From positions 6,951 through 70,950 of the forward strand of contig JAVBYO010000006.1 of assembly GCA_030823955.1 (NCBI GenBank): a stretch of DNA of 64,000 nt, read 5' to 3'. A program made the position numbers and the translations under genes. Each line of letters begins with the position of its first letter. Within the stretch, counting starts at the first letter, position 1. The notes beneath the pieces are model-generated. The model saw only the letters and a program-made list of their open reading frames with translations. It searched no databases and had not been told where the DNA came from. This DNA comes from Gallionellaceae bacterium. Its GTDB lineage: Bacteria > Pseudomonadota > Gammaproteobacteria > Burkholderiales > Gallionellaceae. Shown here piece after piece: positions 40,786 to 47,881 of this stretch.

Positions 40786-42087
40786 GTGGAAGAATTTAAA
40801 GCACATGAAGTGAGAAACTGCTTTCTAATTCTCTCAAAAGCCAAAAGCCCTTCTGATTCGGTTCTTGCCTGGACTGTTTTGCAGAAGCAGTATCCACACT
40901 TAAGTGCTATGGTGTCATTAGAAGAATATCCCAAGGAAGCCGTCCCATACTCGATAAAAAAATATACAAAAAAGCCAGATAAATATTTGGTTCCCTATTT
41001 CTCGTCTTCAAATATCTATTTCCTCGGTGACTCATTATTGACCGACATGTTTTCTGTGGATGAAGCGAAGATCAAAGTGGACTACTCTTTAATGTTCGAC
41101 ACGAATCTTGCAAGTTATATAAACAAACTCGCAAGAGGAGAGCCGCTCGGTAATATTCAGAATCAAGTAGTTTCTCTGATTGATAGCATCCTGCAGGACA
41201 ACCTGAATTTCGATCATCTGTTTTACATGGTAGAGAACGCAAAAAATGTTCCCCTCTTAGATTCAAACCACCACTCCAAAATCTCTTTTTGGCGCGCTCT
41301 AAACAAAGACTTTAGGCGAAACATGGTGAGTCTTCAGGTATTCAGTAGCATTGATTGCCAAGAATATAAACGAACGTCATTCCCAAAACCTCAAGCCAAC
41401 TACAAAGAAGCTGCGCGAAGGGCTATCAATTTCTGCTATGACTTCTATGCATCAGAAATCGGGAAGGACCATATTTCCGAATTTTTTCTTCTGCAACGTC
41501 TCTTATTGCTTCAGCTATTAGGTATGTTGAGAATTCAGCTCTCAACAAACAAAAGTGTGAAAAACAAGATGAAAGATTATTTCGCCTTTATCCACGAGGA
41601 GGTTGGCGCCTATTTTGATAGAGAGTCAATGATCGCACATAAATATTTCAGCGACAGAAACGAGATAGAAGTTCTCGAGAAAATTAAAAAGGGAATGTGC
41701 ACAACTCGTTTGCTAAAGAAATTAGACAACATAGCTTGGGACATGGCTGCGCCCCGATTCATGGAAAAGCTAATGAGCACAGGGGGGCAAGGAGATTATT
41801 TCGTGCCATTCTTTCTCACATTTGATAAGGGCCTACGTGATCTACTATCAGCCTATCGTGTAAAAGGTGTGATTATCAACAAAGGCAAGGGGCAACTAAT
41901 TCCAATTCCAGAAGTATCTACCTATGAATATTTTGTAAATCAAGGCTTCAAAGATGAGATCGAATATTTTTTTAGCGACCGCGTAAAAAACGAACGTCTC
42001 ACTCGTCCTAAGCCAAACAGAACTAGCATTCATGAAAAAATCCGTAACGAATATGCCGCGCTAAAGAGGGCATTAACGAACCAATAA
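40786..42087 (+). CDS. Hypothetical 433-aa protein, strongly AT-rich, no family recognised
   Basis: Long uninterrupted ORF in AT-rich DNA, where random stop codons are frequent. GTG start has GGAAGGA 9 nt upstream. One hand-counted line at 40801-40860 has 21/60 G+C, versus 44/60 in mutS line 40501-40560. Confidence 0.6.
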   Translation: MEEFKAHEVRNCFLILSKAKSPSDSVLAWTVLQKQYPHLSAMVSLEEYPKEAVPYSIKKYTKKPDKYLVPYFSSSNIYFLGDSLLTDMFSVDEAKIKVDYSLMFDTNLASYINKLARGEPLGNIQNQVVSLIDSILQDNLNFDHLFYMVENAKNVPLLDSNHHSKISFWRALNKDFRRNMVSLQVFSSIDCQEYKRTSFPKPQANYKEAARRAINFCYDFYASEIGKDHISEFFLLQRLLLLQLLGMLRIQLSTNKSVKNKMKDYFAFIHEEVGAYFDRESMIAHKYFSDRNEIEVLEKIKKGMCTTRLLKKLDNIAWDMAAPRFMEKLMSTGGQGDYFVPFFLTFDKGLRDLLSAYRVKGVIINKGKGQLIPIPEVSTYEYFVNQGFKDEIEYFFSDRVKNERLTRPKPNRTSIHEKIRNEYAALKRALTNQ

Positions 42088-42088
42088 G

Positions 42089-42113
42089 AACTAAAGGAGT
42101 CAGCTTCGCATTT
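42089..42113. repeat. Island boundary repeat copy R1
   Basis: aACTAAAGGAGTCAGCTTCGCATTT begins 2 nt after the stop codon of the 433-aa ORF. Confidence 0.7.
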
Positions 42114-42163
42114 CAGCCCCTGTGACAGGTACAACAATCAGGGCAATAACTAGAACGCCGATT

Positions 42164-42919
42164 TCACGCCACCTTATGAAACTTTAATAAATCACGCATG
42201 AGATATCTAATTTCCAAATTCATTTCTGGAAATATTTTTCCCCACAAAAAACCAATTAACGATTGAGTCAGCATCACGAAACCAAAAAGAAGCGCGACAT
42301 AAAACAATAAAAAAAATGTAAGTAATGGCGTCAAACCTTCGTAGAAGGCAAATACATTAGCAATACCTGCCCCCTCCTTACTCGAAAGCACAATAATCGA
42401 AGAAAACAACATGATTAAAAGCGCATTAATTCTCGGCTTAGAGTCCGGATTGTAAATATACAGATGCAGCTGAGAAAGTGTCCTGCTCAGGGGTGGCCTC
42501 AACATTTCTTGCAGCTCCAGTACCTTATTAATATCTTGAGCAAGCGAGAGATATTCGTTCTCTGCTTTCCCAATATTTACGCGCAAGAATTGTCGTTTAC
42601 ACATGTCAATATCTAAGAATCTATTCTGACAATACATGTTGGAATATTGTCTATTAAATTTCTTCAAAATCGTTTTCCTCCTATCTTCCTTTGCTTTTTC
42701 AAGAGCGAAAAGTCCCACTAGCTCTAACACCATAAGAGGCCAGATTAAATTTCTTTTCGCTTCAATATCATTAAAGGCAAATATCGAAAAAAATGTATAT
42801 AGGCCAACAACAAAGAACGCTAACCAAGCGAGAAGAGACACCCACGTCGGCATATTTCGCCAATCGTTCTTTTCAAATTCAACGTAATAGTCTTTTGCCT
42901 GTCTTGAAATATTTTCCAT
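42164..42919 (-). CDS. Hypothetical 251-aa membrane protein, AT-rich, no family recognised
   Basis: ATG start. Two N-terminal and about three C-terminal hydrophobic helices flank a charged central segment. Long ORF in AT-rich DNA. Confidence 0.6.
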   Translation of the reverse strand: MENISRQAKDYYVEFEKNDWRNMPTWVSLLAWLAFFVVGLYTFFSIFAFNDIEAKRNLIWPLMVLELVGLFALEKAKEDRRKTILKKFNRQYSNMYCQNRFLDIDMCKRQFLRVNIGKAENEYLSLAQDINKVLELQEMLRPPLSRTLSQLHLYIYNPDSKPRINALLIMLFSSIIVLSSKEGAGIANVFAFYEGLTPLLTFFLLFYVALLFGFVMLTQSLIGFLWGKIFPEMNLEIRYLMRDLLKFHKVA

Positions 42920-42961
42920 AGATACACCCTTGCTTGTGCTGCGCCCTTAAGGATACCGTCG

Positions 42962-42985
42962 GCTATAAAGGTTAGCCTCGCGTTT
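42962..42985. repeat. Island boundary repeat copy R2
   Basis: GCTATAAAGGTTAGCCTCGCGTTT, 43 nt upstream of the 251-aa ORF ATG. Confidence 0.65.
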
Positions 42986-43003
42986 CTTCTAGCCACCTCT
43001 CAA

Positions 43004-43027
43004 GCTAAACGGGTCAGCCTCGCAATT
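43004..43027. repeat. Island boundary repeat copy R3
   Basis: GCTAAACGGGTCAGCCTCGCAATT. Confidence 0.7.
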
Positions 43028-43053
43028 ACCCCCAGCATCCAATCACGCACCAC

Positions 43054-43076
43054 GAGTAGCCTCTTGCCGCAAGTCA
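43054..43076. repeat. Degenerate repeat copy R4
   Basis: gagTAGCCTCttgcCGCAAgtc aligns with the GTCAGCCTCGCAATT core with an insertion. Confidence 0.35.
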
Positions 43077-43111
43077 TTGGAATAATCGGGGACAGACTAC
43101 GGTTTCTCGGA

Positions 43112-43135
43112 GCTAAAACGGGAATCCTGAAGATG
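43112..43135. repeat. Degenerate repeat copy R5
   Basis: GCTAAAACGGGAATCCTGAAGATG keeps the GCTAAA-CGGG half only. It overlaps the hairpin aaaacgg/ccgtttt, 33 nt from the kinase-like gene stop codon. Confidence 0.45.
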
Positions 43136-43167
43136 TCCGTTTTGTTTGATGCCGTATAGCGCGCCGC

Positions 43168-43869
43168 TCACTCCTTCTGCAACCTCGCCGCCATATCCGC
43201 TTTGCGCGCGACCATCTTCTCGGCCAGCGCGTGGCTGCCGCCGTGGTCTAGGATGACCTTGCGTATCTGCTCGTCCGGCATCTGCACCACTTTCATGATG
43301 GCCTGATCGATCTCGTCGCGCCGCATGCCGGCGAACAGTCTGGCTGCATGGAAGTTGCCTTCGTCGTTGCGCAACATGTCGAGTTCGTCCACGCGGGTGC
43401 CGAAGGCTTTGCCCTTGGGGTCGCCGTGTGCGCGGTAGGCCAATGCACCGCCCACGTCTAGCGTGAGCACTTGGCCGTTGGCGACACCCTGGTTGTCACC
43501 GTCGAAACCGGCAGCATCCCAGTTCGCAGTCCAGGCATGCACGCCCAGCCATTGTTGTGCCTGTTTGCGTTCGCCTGGGCTGAGGTGCGCGACACGTTTT
43601 TTATCCAGCACCACCCACTCGGTCGCGATCTGGTCTGGCGCTTGTGTGGGCACATAGCTCAGGGTCGGCGCGCCTGCCAGTTGGTAAAGCTTGGCGGCGA
43701 TCATTTCGTTGCGCGCATGGGCGGCGGATTCCAGCGTCTTTACGTAGTAGCGCCGCCCGCTGTCATCTTCAAAGATACCGGCAGGGTTGCTGCCCAGTTG
43801 CCCGCCGACGCGGTGCAGGGTGGTGGTGTCGATAGGTGCGATGTCCATCGTCATGCCCGGCTGATTCAT
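43168..43869 (-). CDS. Putative atypical (PI3/PI4-kinase-like or minimal protein-kinase-like) kinase, 233 aa
   Basis: Ordered kinase-like motifs: Gly-rich GGQLGSNPAG, YYVK, NEMIAAKLY, catalytic-loop-like NWDAAGFDGDNQGV, DFG-like LDVGGAL. ATG at 43869 overlaps the upstream stop codon (ATGA). The longer ORF to 44151 lies in the overlap frame of the phosphatase gene. Confidence 0.5.
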   Translation of the reverse strand: MNQPGMTMDIAPIDTTTLHRVGGQLGSNPAGIFEDDSGRRYYVKTLESAAHARNEMIAAKLYQLAGAPTLSYVPTQAPDQIATEWVVLDKKRVAHLSPGERKQAQQWLGVHAWTANWDAAGFDGDNQGVANGQVLTLDVGGALAYRAHGDPKGKAFGTRVDELDMLRNDEGNFHAARLFAGMRRDEIDQAIMKVVQMPDEQIRKVILDHGGSHALAEKMVARKADMAARLQKE

Positions 43870-44420
43870 GGCAGGGGCACGGTGCGGCGCACCAAGGCGA
43901 GTTGTGCGGGCGTTTCGATTGCGCCCTTGCGCACATGACGTACGGCATGGATCGCCGCTTCCGGCTCCATGCCCAGCTCGACGAGCAGCCGGGCGGCCAT
44001 CATGCCCGCCCGGCCCAGCCCGCCCTTGCAATGCACGAGCACATCTTCGCCGTTGCGCAGCATCTCGCGTATGGCGCGGCCTTGCGTCAGCCATTCTTCT
44101 TCGAATTTTTTGCCCGGCACTGAGAAGTCGGCAATGGGCAGGTGACACCACTTTATGCCGCGCTGGTGTATCTCATGCCCGAGCTGCGGCACTTTCAGGG
44201 CGATGAGTTCGGCAGGTTCCACCAGAGTCAGCACCAGCTTCGCGCCCCATGCGGCGATGGCATCCAGGTCGATGCCGAGGTCGCGCTCCCACGCGCCGGT
44301 GTGCGCGAAATGGTCATGCTTGCCCGGGCAGAAGGTGATGCCGATGCGCCCATGTGCTGGACTCGCACGGACTTCGGCGATCTGGAGCGGGTGAGTGTGG
44401 CTGGTTCGTACGGTTGCCAT
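43866..44420 (-). CDS. Cys-based protein phosphatase (dual-specificity/CDKN3-like fold)
   Basis: P-loop VHCKGGLGRAG (HCx5R) with an upstream general-acid-type LPIADFSVP. ATG at 44420; the ORF-track start at 44426 is a TTG. Confidence 0.8.
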   Translation of the reverse strand: MATVRTSHTHPLQIAEVRASPAHGRIGITFCPGKHDHFAHTGAWERDLGIDLDAIAAWGAKLVLTLVEPAELIALKVPQLGHEIHQRGIKWCHLPIADFSVPGKKFEEEWLTQGRAIREMLRNGEDVLVHCKGGLGRAGMMAARLLVELGMEPEAAIHAVRHVRKGAIETPAQLALVRRTVPLP

Positions 44421-44450
44421 CGTCAATCTCGGTGAATCGGTGAATACGTA

Positions 44451-44474
44451 GCTAACGGGATCAGCTTCGAATTT
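44451..44474. repeat. Island boundary repeat copy R6
   Basis: GCTAACGGGATCAGCTTCGAATTT. A partner segment aagct-cgcgtcagc (44487-44500) can pair with it, giving an attC-like bulged hairpin. Confidence 0.7.
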
Positions 44475-44477
44475 GCT

Positions 44478-44807
44478 TTACGTCCAAGCTCGCGTCAGCA
44501 GTTCATCCATCGCAGCAGTGATTCGGTCGCCCTCTTGTGCAAGCGTGGTGACCTTTTCGCCTAGCTGATCAATGGCGATAGATACCACCTCTAACGGGTG
44601 CAATACCACTTCGACACCCTCGACCACAAATACCGGATTCAGCGCCGCTCCAACCACTGCTGCGGCATTATCAAGGTTGCTACGGCGCACCAAAGGAATC
44701 ACGACTCGGCGGCGGTAACTGTCAAACAGGGAAGATTGAACGATGACAACATAGGGAATTGCTTCCCGCTGTTTTCCGATGTTCCGGTGAACGTCGAACT
44801 GTGCCAT
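44478..44807 (-). CDS. ccdB: Type II toxin CcdB (gyrase poison family)
   Basis: MAQFDVHRN....PYVVIVQSSLFD..RRRVVIPL is the canonical CcdB N-terminus. Confidence 0.85.
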   Translation of the reverse strand: MAQFDVHRNIGKQREAIPYVVIVQSSLFDSYRRRVVIPLVRRSNLDNAAAVVGAALNPVFVVEGVEVVLHPLEVVSIAIDQLGEKVTTLAQEGDRITAAMDELLTRAWT

Positions 44808-45010
44808 TACAGCGTGGAGTGTTGGTCTGCAAATGAGCCGGAGCGCTCGTTAAAGGCGTTCCAAGTTTGAGCTGCAACTTCCGCGCGGGTATGTGTTTTA
44901 TCTGTTGACGTCCGATTACGTGCAGAAAGAAATTCGACGAATTCAAAAACCTCCGCCTGCTTTTCGCGCGGCAACGCATCTAGTTTACTGATTAGTTCGG
45001 CGTAGCCCAT
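44807..45010 (-). CDS. ccdA: CcdA-type antitoxin with a DUF2281-like N-terminus
   Basis: The C-terminus ERSGSFADQHSTL resembles F-plasmid CcdA EMNGSFADENRDW (recalled). The N-terminus LDALPREKQAEVFEFVEFL is DUF2281-like. The stop codon overlaps the ccdB ATG (TAATG). Confidence 0.65.
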   Translation of the reverse strand: MGYAELISKLDALPREKQAEVFEFVEFLSARNRTSTDKTHTRAEVAAQTWNAFNERSGSFADQHSTL

Positions 45011-45137
45011 TACACACCCCGCTTGAGTTGAACGACGGGGGAAGTATAACCTGCGGAGGTAAGGCTTGCTATTGCCTTGCCCTCCGTCCCGCCCCTGTGT
45101 AAATTGCCGTATCTCCATCGATCACGGATTCGTAAAA

Positions 45138-45347
45138 ATGACTGCCGCTACCGTTTCCAGCAAATTCCAAATCTCCATTCCCAAAGAGGTGCGCGAGGCC
45201 ATGCACATCGAGCCGGGACAACAATATGAGTTCATTCCGATGGGGTCTATTATTCAACTCACGCCCAAGACTTCTATCAAGGAATTGCGCGGCATTGCGC
45301 TTGGGGCGAGTCCTGAAAAATATCGCGACCGCAAGGATCGCGCCTGA
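45138..45347 (+). CDS. AbrB/MazE/SpoVT-family antitoxin (VapB-like), orphan
   Basis: SSKFQISIPKEVREAMHIEPGQQYEF is the looped-hinge-helix signature. 69 aa. Confidence 0.75.
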   Translation: MTAATVSSKFQISIPKEVREAMHIEPGQQYEFIPMGSIIQLTPKTSIKELRGIALGASPEKYRDRKDRA

Positions 45348-45370
45348 TGTTTCTGGAGAGCAATAGGTGA
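45347..45370 (+). pseudogene. 7-codon remnant of the cognate PIN/VapC-type toxin
   Basis: The ATG overlaps the antitoxin TGA (TGATG), the usual vapBC junction. It reads MFLESNR-stop, compared with the common VapC start M-h-L-L-D-T-N. Confidence 0.3.
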
Positions 45371-45417
45371 CGTACCACGGCTTCCAATCAACCCGTTATC
45401 GCCATTCATCCGAGCAA

Positions 45418-45440
45418 CTAATAGGGGCACCTTCGCACTT
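45418..45440. repeat. Island boundary repeat copy R7
   Basis: CTAATAGGGGCACCTTCGCACTT, 13 nt from the DUF3301 stop codon. Confidence 0.55.
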
Positions 45441-45452
45441 CCTTACGCGCCC

Positions 45453-45770
45453 TCACTCCAATATCTGATACGGCTCCAGCGTGACCGATTCGACACGCTC
45501 ACCGAGCATGATGATCCCCCCTTCTCTTCGGCTATTGCCCGTTTCGGTGAATTCAAAGCGATAGGTGCGGCGCAGTACGCGGCGGCCGGATGAATCACGA
45601 TCAAGTGCGAGGCTGGTACTAGCGACGGTGTCATCGAGAAATTGCAGCTCTGCTCTGCGGCAGGTTTGTCTGCCCGCATCGCGTGCGATCTCCAGGATGC
45701 GGATGCTGTGCAGCCAGAACCATCCCAAGGCGATGATGGCTAGCAGTGCGAGTAAGCTCAAGATGTCCAT
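45453..45770 (-). CDS. DUF3301 family protein
   Basis: N-terminal TM helix, then W.W...R..E.A......C....LQFLDDTV......L.R...G...L.R.Y.FEF, as I recall for DUF3301. Confidence 0.7.
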   Translation of the reverse strand: MDILSLLALLAIIALGWFWLHSIRILEIARDAGRQTCRRAELQFLDDTVASTSLALDRDSSGRRVLRRTYRFEFTETGNSRREGGIIMLGERVESVTLEPYQILE

Positions 45771-45778
45771 TTTGGTTT

Positions 45779-45810
45779 GCTATCTAACGGGGACTGGATT
45801 CTAACTTGCC
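45779..45810. repeat. Degenerate repeat copy R8
   Basis: GCTATCTAACGGGGACTGGATTCTAAC. On the minus strand it contains GTTAGAT and GTTAGAA core-like motifs. Confidence 0.35.
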
Positions 45811-45940
45811 GTTGAACTACAAGCTTGTTTCGCAAGCTATTGGGATCGGATCCACAATTAGTTTCACCTCCCGCTTAATACCTCTACTGCCAGTACCCAT
45901 TTTTATTGCCCAACCATAAGCGTAGGATATTCAGCACGGT

Positions 45941-45960
45941 GGGCGGCACATCTGCCGCCC
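45941..45960 (+). terminator. Terminator-like hairpin inside the leader of the 76-aa ORF
   Basis: gggcggca-catc-tgccgccc (8-bp GC stem) followed by gttctgttcttt. Confidence 0.3.
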
Positions 45961-45993
45961 GTTCTGTTCTTTAATCATTTTAAGGAGGCGATC

Positions 45994-46224
45994 ATGAAAA
46001 CAGCCGATATGATGATTTATGTGCATCCCGATCTGGATGCGACAAAGAGGATGGATATGGAAAGAAGTCTGGCCGGGCGCATCGGTGTGGATTGTGCGGA
46101 GTTTGAACATCGTCCGCATCCGCATGCGCTGATGGTGAAATACGATCCGGACTCGATCAAGGGTATGGATATCCTGCAGATGGTACGCAAGCTCGATCCT
46201 GCCGCTTCGATGGTGGGCATGTGA
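45994..46224 (+). CDS. Hypothetical 76-aa protein
   Basis: Strong AAGGAGG 6 nt upstream of the ATG. No family recognised. Confidence 0.6.
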   Translation: MKTADMMIYVHPDLDATKRMDMERSLAGRIGVDCAEFEHRPHPHALMVKYDPDSIKGMDILQMVRKLDPAASMVGM

Positions 46225-46226
46225 CA

Positions 46227-46250
46227 GCTAAAGGAGCCAGCTTCGCATCG
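46227..46250. repeat. Island boundary repeat copy R9
   Basis: GCTAAAGGAGCCAGCTTCGCATCG begins 3 nt after the 76-aa ORF stop codon. It pairs with gcgatgtaagttgacc (46265-46280). Confidence 0.7.
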
Positions 46251-46309
46251 CCCTCACTCCCCCAGCGATGTAAGTTGACCGTCCAACCATTTCATTTCAA
46301 TTGAACACC

Positions 46310-47797
46310 ATGCCCACCCAAGACCCCAGCACCGGCCTGCGTCTAGATAACCAGTTCGCCCGCGAGGTGCAAGGCATGTATGTGCGCTGGCAACCCGAGC
46401 CAGCACCTGCACCGCGCTGGCTGCAATTCAACGATGCACTGGCTCAGGAACTGGGGCTGGAGGCACAGGCATTGCGTGGTGATGCGGGGCTGGCGGTGTT
46501 TTCCGGTCAGCGCGTACCCGATGGCGCAGAGCCAGTGGCGCAGGCTTATGCCGGTCACCAATTCGGGTATTTCTCGCCGCGTCTGGGGGATGGCCGCGCC
46601 TTGTTGCTGGGCGAGATCGTCGATCCCTCTGGGCAGCGTTTCGATCTTGCGCTGAAGGGTTCCGGCCCCACGCCTTTTGCGCGTAACGGTGACGGCAAAG
46701 CGGCGGTCGGGCCGGTGCTGCGTGAGTTCATTGTCGCCGAAGCGATGCATGCGCTGGGTGTGCCGACGACGCGGGTGCTGGCGGCAGTGGCTACCGGCGA
46801 GTCGGTGCGACGTGAAAGAGCCTTGCCCGGCGCGGTGCTCGCGCGCGTAGCTGCCAGCCATCTGCGCGTGGGCAGTTTCGAATATGCGGCACGTACCAAA
46901 GATGCCGCGTTGCTGGGCCGCCTTGCCGAGCATGCCATCGCGCGCCACGCGCCGCATTTGCAAGGCCAGCGGCAGCGCCATCTGGGTTTGCTGGAGCAGG
47001 TGGTGGAGCGTCAGGCAAGTTTGATCGCGCAGTGGATGGGGCTGGGTTTCATCCACGGTGTGATGAACACCGACAATATGACCATCTCCGGCCAGACCAT
47101 AGACTACGGGCCGTGCGCGTTCATGGAGCATTTCGATCCCGAGGAGGTGTTCAGTTCGATCGACCACGATGGGCGCTATGCTTGGGCCAACCAGTCTGCC
47201 ATCGCACACTGGAACCTTTCCCGTCTGGCCGAGACGCTGTTGCCGCTGCTCGACGATGATGCGGAGCGCGCGGGCGCACTGGCGATGGCAACCATCGGGA
47301 AATTCGATACGCATCTGTCGGAACACTGGTCTGCGTTGCTGCGCAGCAAGGTCGGGCTGCCGGACGGTGCGGATGCGGCAGATCGCCTCGCCACCGAATT
47401 TCTACATCTAATGCAACGCCACGAAGTGGACTACACGCTGGGCTGGCGTCGGCTGGGCGATGCAGCCGCCGGAGACGAAGCGCCGCTGCGCGCAGTGTTC
47501 GGCGCGCATGCTGCCGCGCTGGATGATTGGCTTGCACGCTGGCGCGCGCTGTTCGGCACCGTGCCGGGCGTCGAGCGCGCACGTGCGATGGCCGAGGTGA
47601 ACCCTATGGTCATTCCGCGCAACCATCTAGTCGAGCTGGCGCTGGAGGCAGCCACCGACTACGACGACCTTGGCCCGTTCGAGCGGCTACTGGCCGAAGT
47701 GCGCCGACCGTTCGAGTCGCGCGATGACGCTAACCCTTACATCCAGCCCGCGACGCGCGAAGAGACTGCCAACTACCATACTTTCTGCGGAACCTGA
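46310..47797 (+). CDS. selO: Protein adenylyltransferase SelO (YdiU/UPF0061)
   Basis: [35 protein letters not shown] motifs. I prefer the ATG at 46310 to the TTG at 46301. Confidence 0.9.
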   Translation: MPTQDPSTGLRLDNQFAREVQGMYVRWQPEPAPAPRWLQFNDALAQELGLEAQALRGDAGLAVFSGQRVPDGAEPVAQAYAGHQFGYFSPRLGDGRALLLGEIVDPSGQRFDLALKGSGPTPFARNGDGKAAVGPVLREFIVAEAMHALGVPTTRVLAAVATGESVRRERALPGAVLARVAASHLRVGSFEYAARTKDAALLGRLAEHAIARHAPHLQGQRQRHLGLLEQVVERQASLIAQWMGLGFIHGVMNTDNMTISGQTIDYGPCAFMEHFDPEEVFSSIDHDGRYAWANQSAIAHWNLSRLAETLLPLLDDDAERAGALAMATIGKFDTHLSEHWSALLRSKVGLPDGADAADRLATEFLHLMQRHEVDYTLGWRRLGDAAAGDEAPLRAVFGAHAAALDDWLARWRALFGTVPGVERARAMAEVNPMVIPRNHLVELALEAATDYDDLGPFERLLAEVRRPFESRDDANPYIQPATREETANYHTFCGT

Positions 47798-47881
47798 TGG
47801 CGGCGAGCAAGCAAAGGGGGCAAACCCGCCCGATCCGCATTATCATTACCATCCGCTTCGCCCATCCCAACGGAGGTTCAC

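Noticed and set aside
42962-43135. Possible CRISPR array (tandem repeats R2-R5)
   Set aside because: The repeats are degenerate and the spacers are only about 17-35 nt and irregular. There are no cas genes, and the same repeat is dispersed singly at gene boundaries.
42089-46250. Boundary repeat as a dif/Xer site or a tRNA 3' fragment (integrase att site)
   Set aside because: AGCTTCGCAT resembles the XerC arm of some dif sites, but no central region or XerD arm (TTATGTTAAAT-like) follows. TTCGAAT in R6 looks like a T-loop, but no acceptor/T-arm pairing or cloverleaf can be drawn, and no tyrosine recombinase gene is nearby.
46343-47326. 327-aa minus-strand ORF
   Set aside because: It is antisense to selO.
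47798-47881. Additional boundary-repeat copy after selO (ccgcttcgcccatc)
   Set aside because: Only the CTTCGC core matches and the GCTAAA-GG half is missing. I treat it as coincidence.
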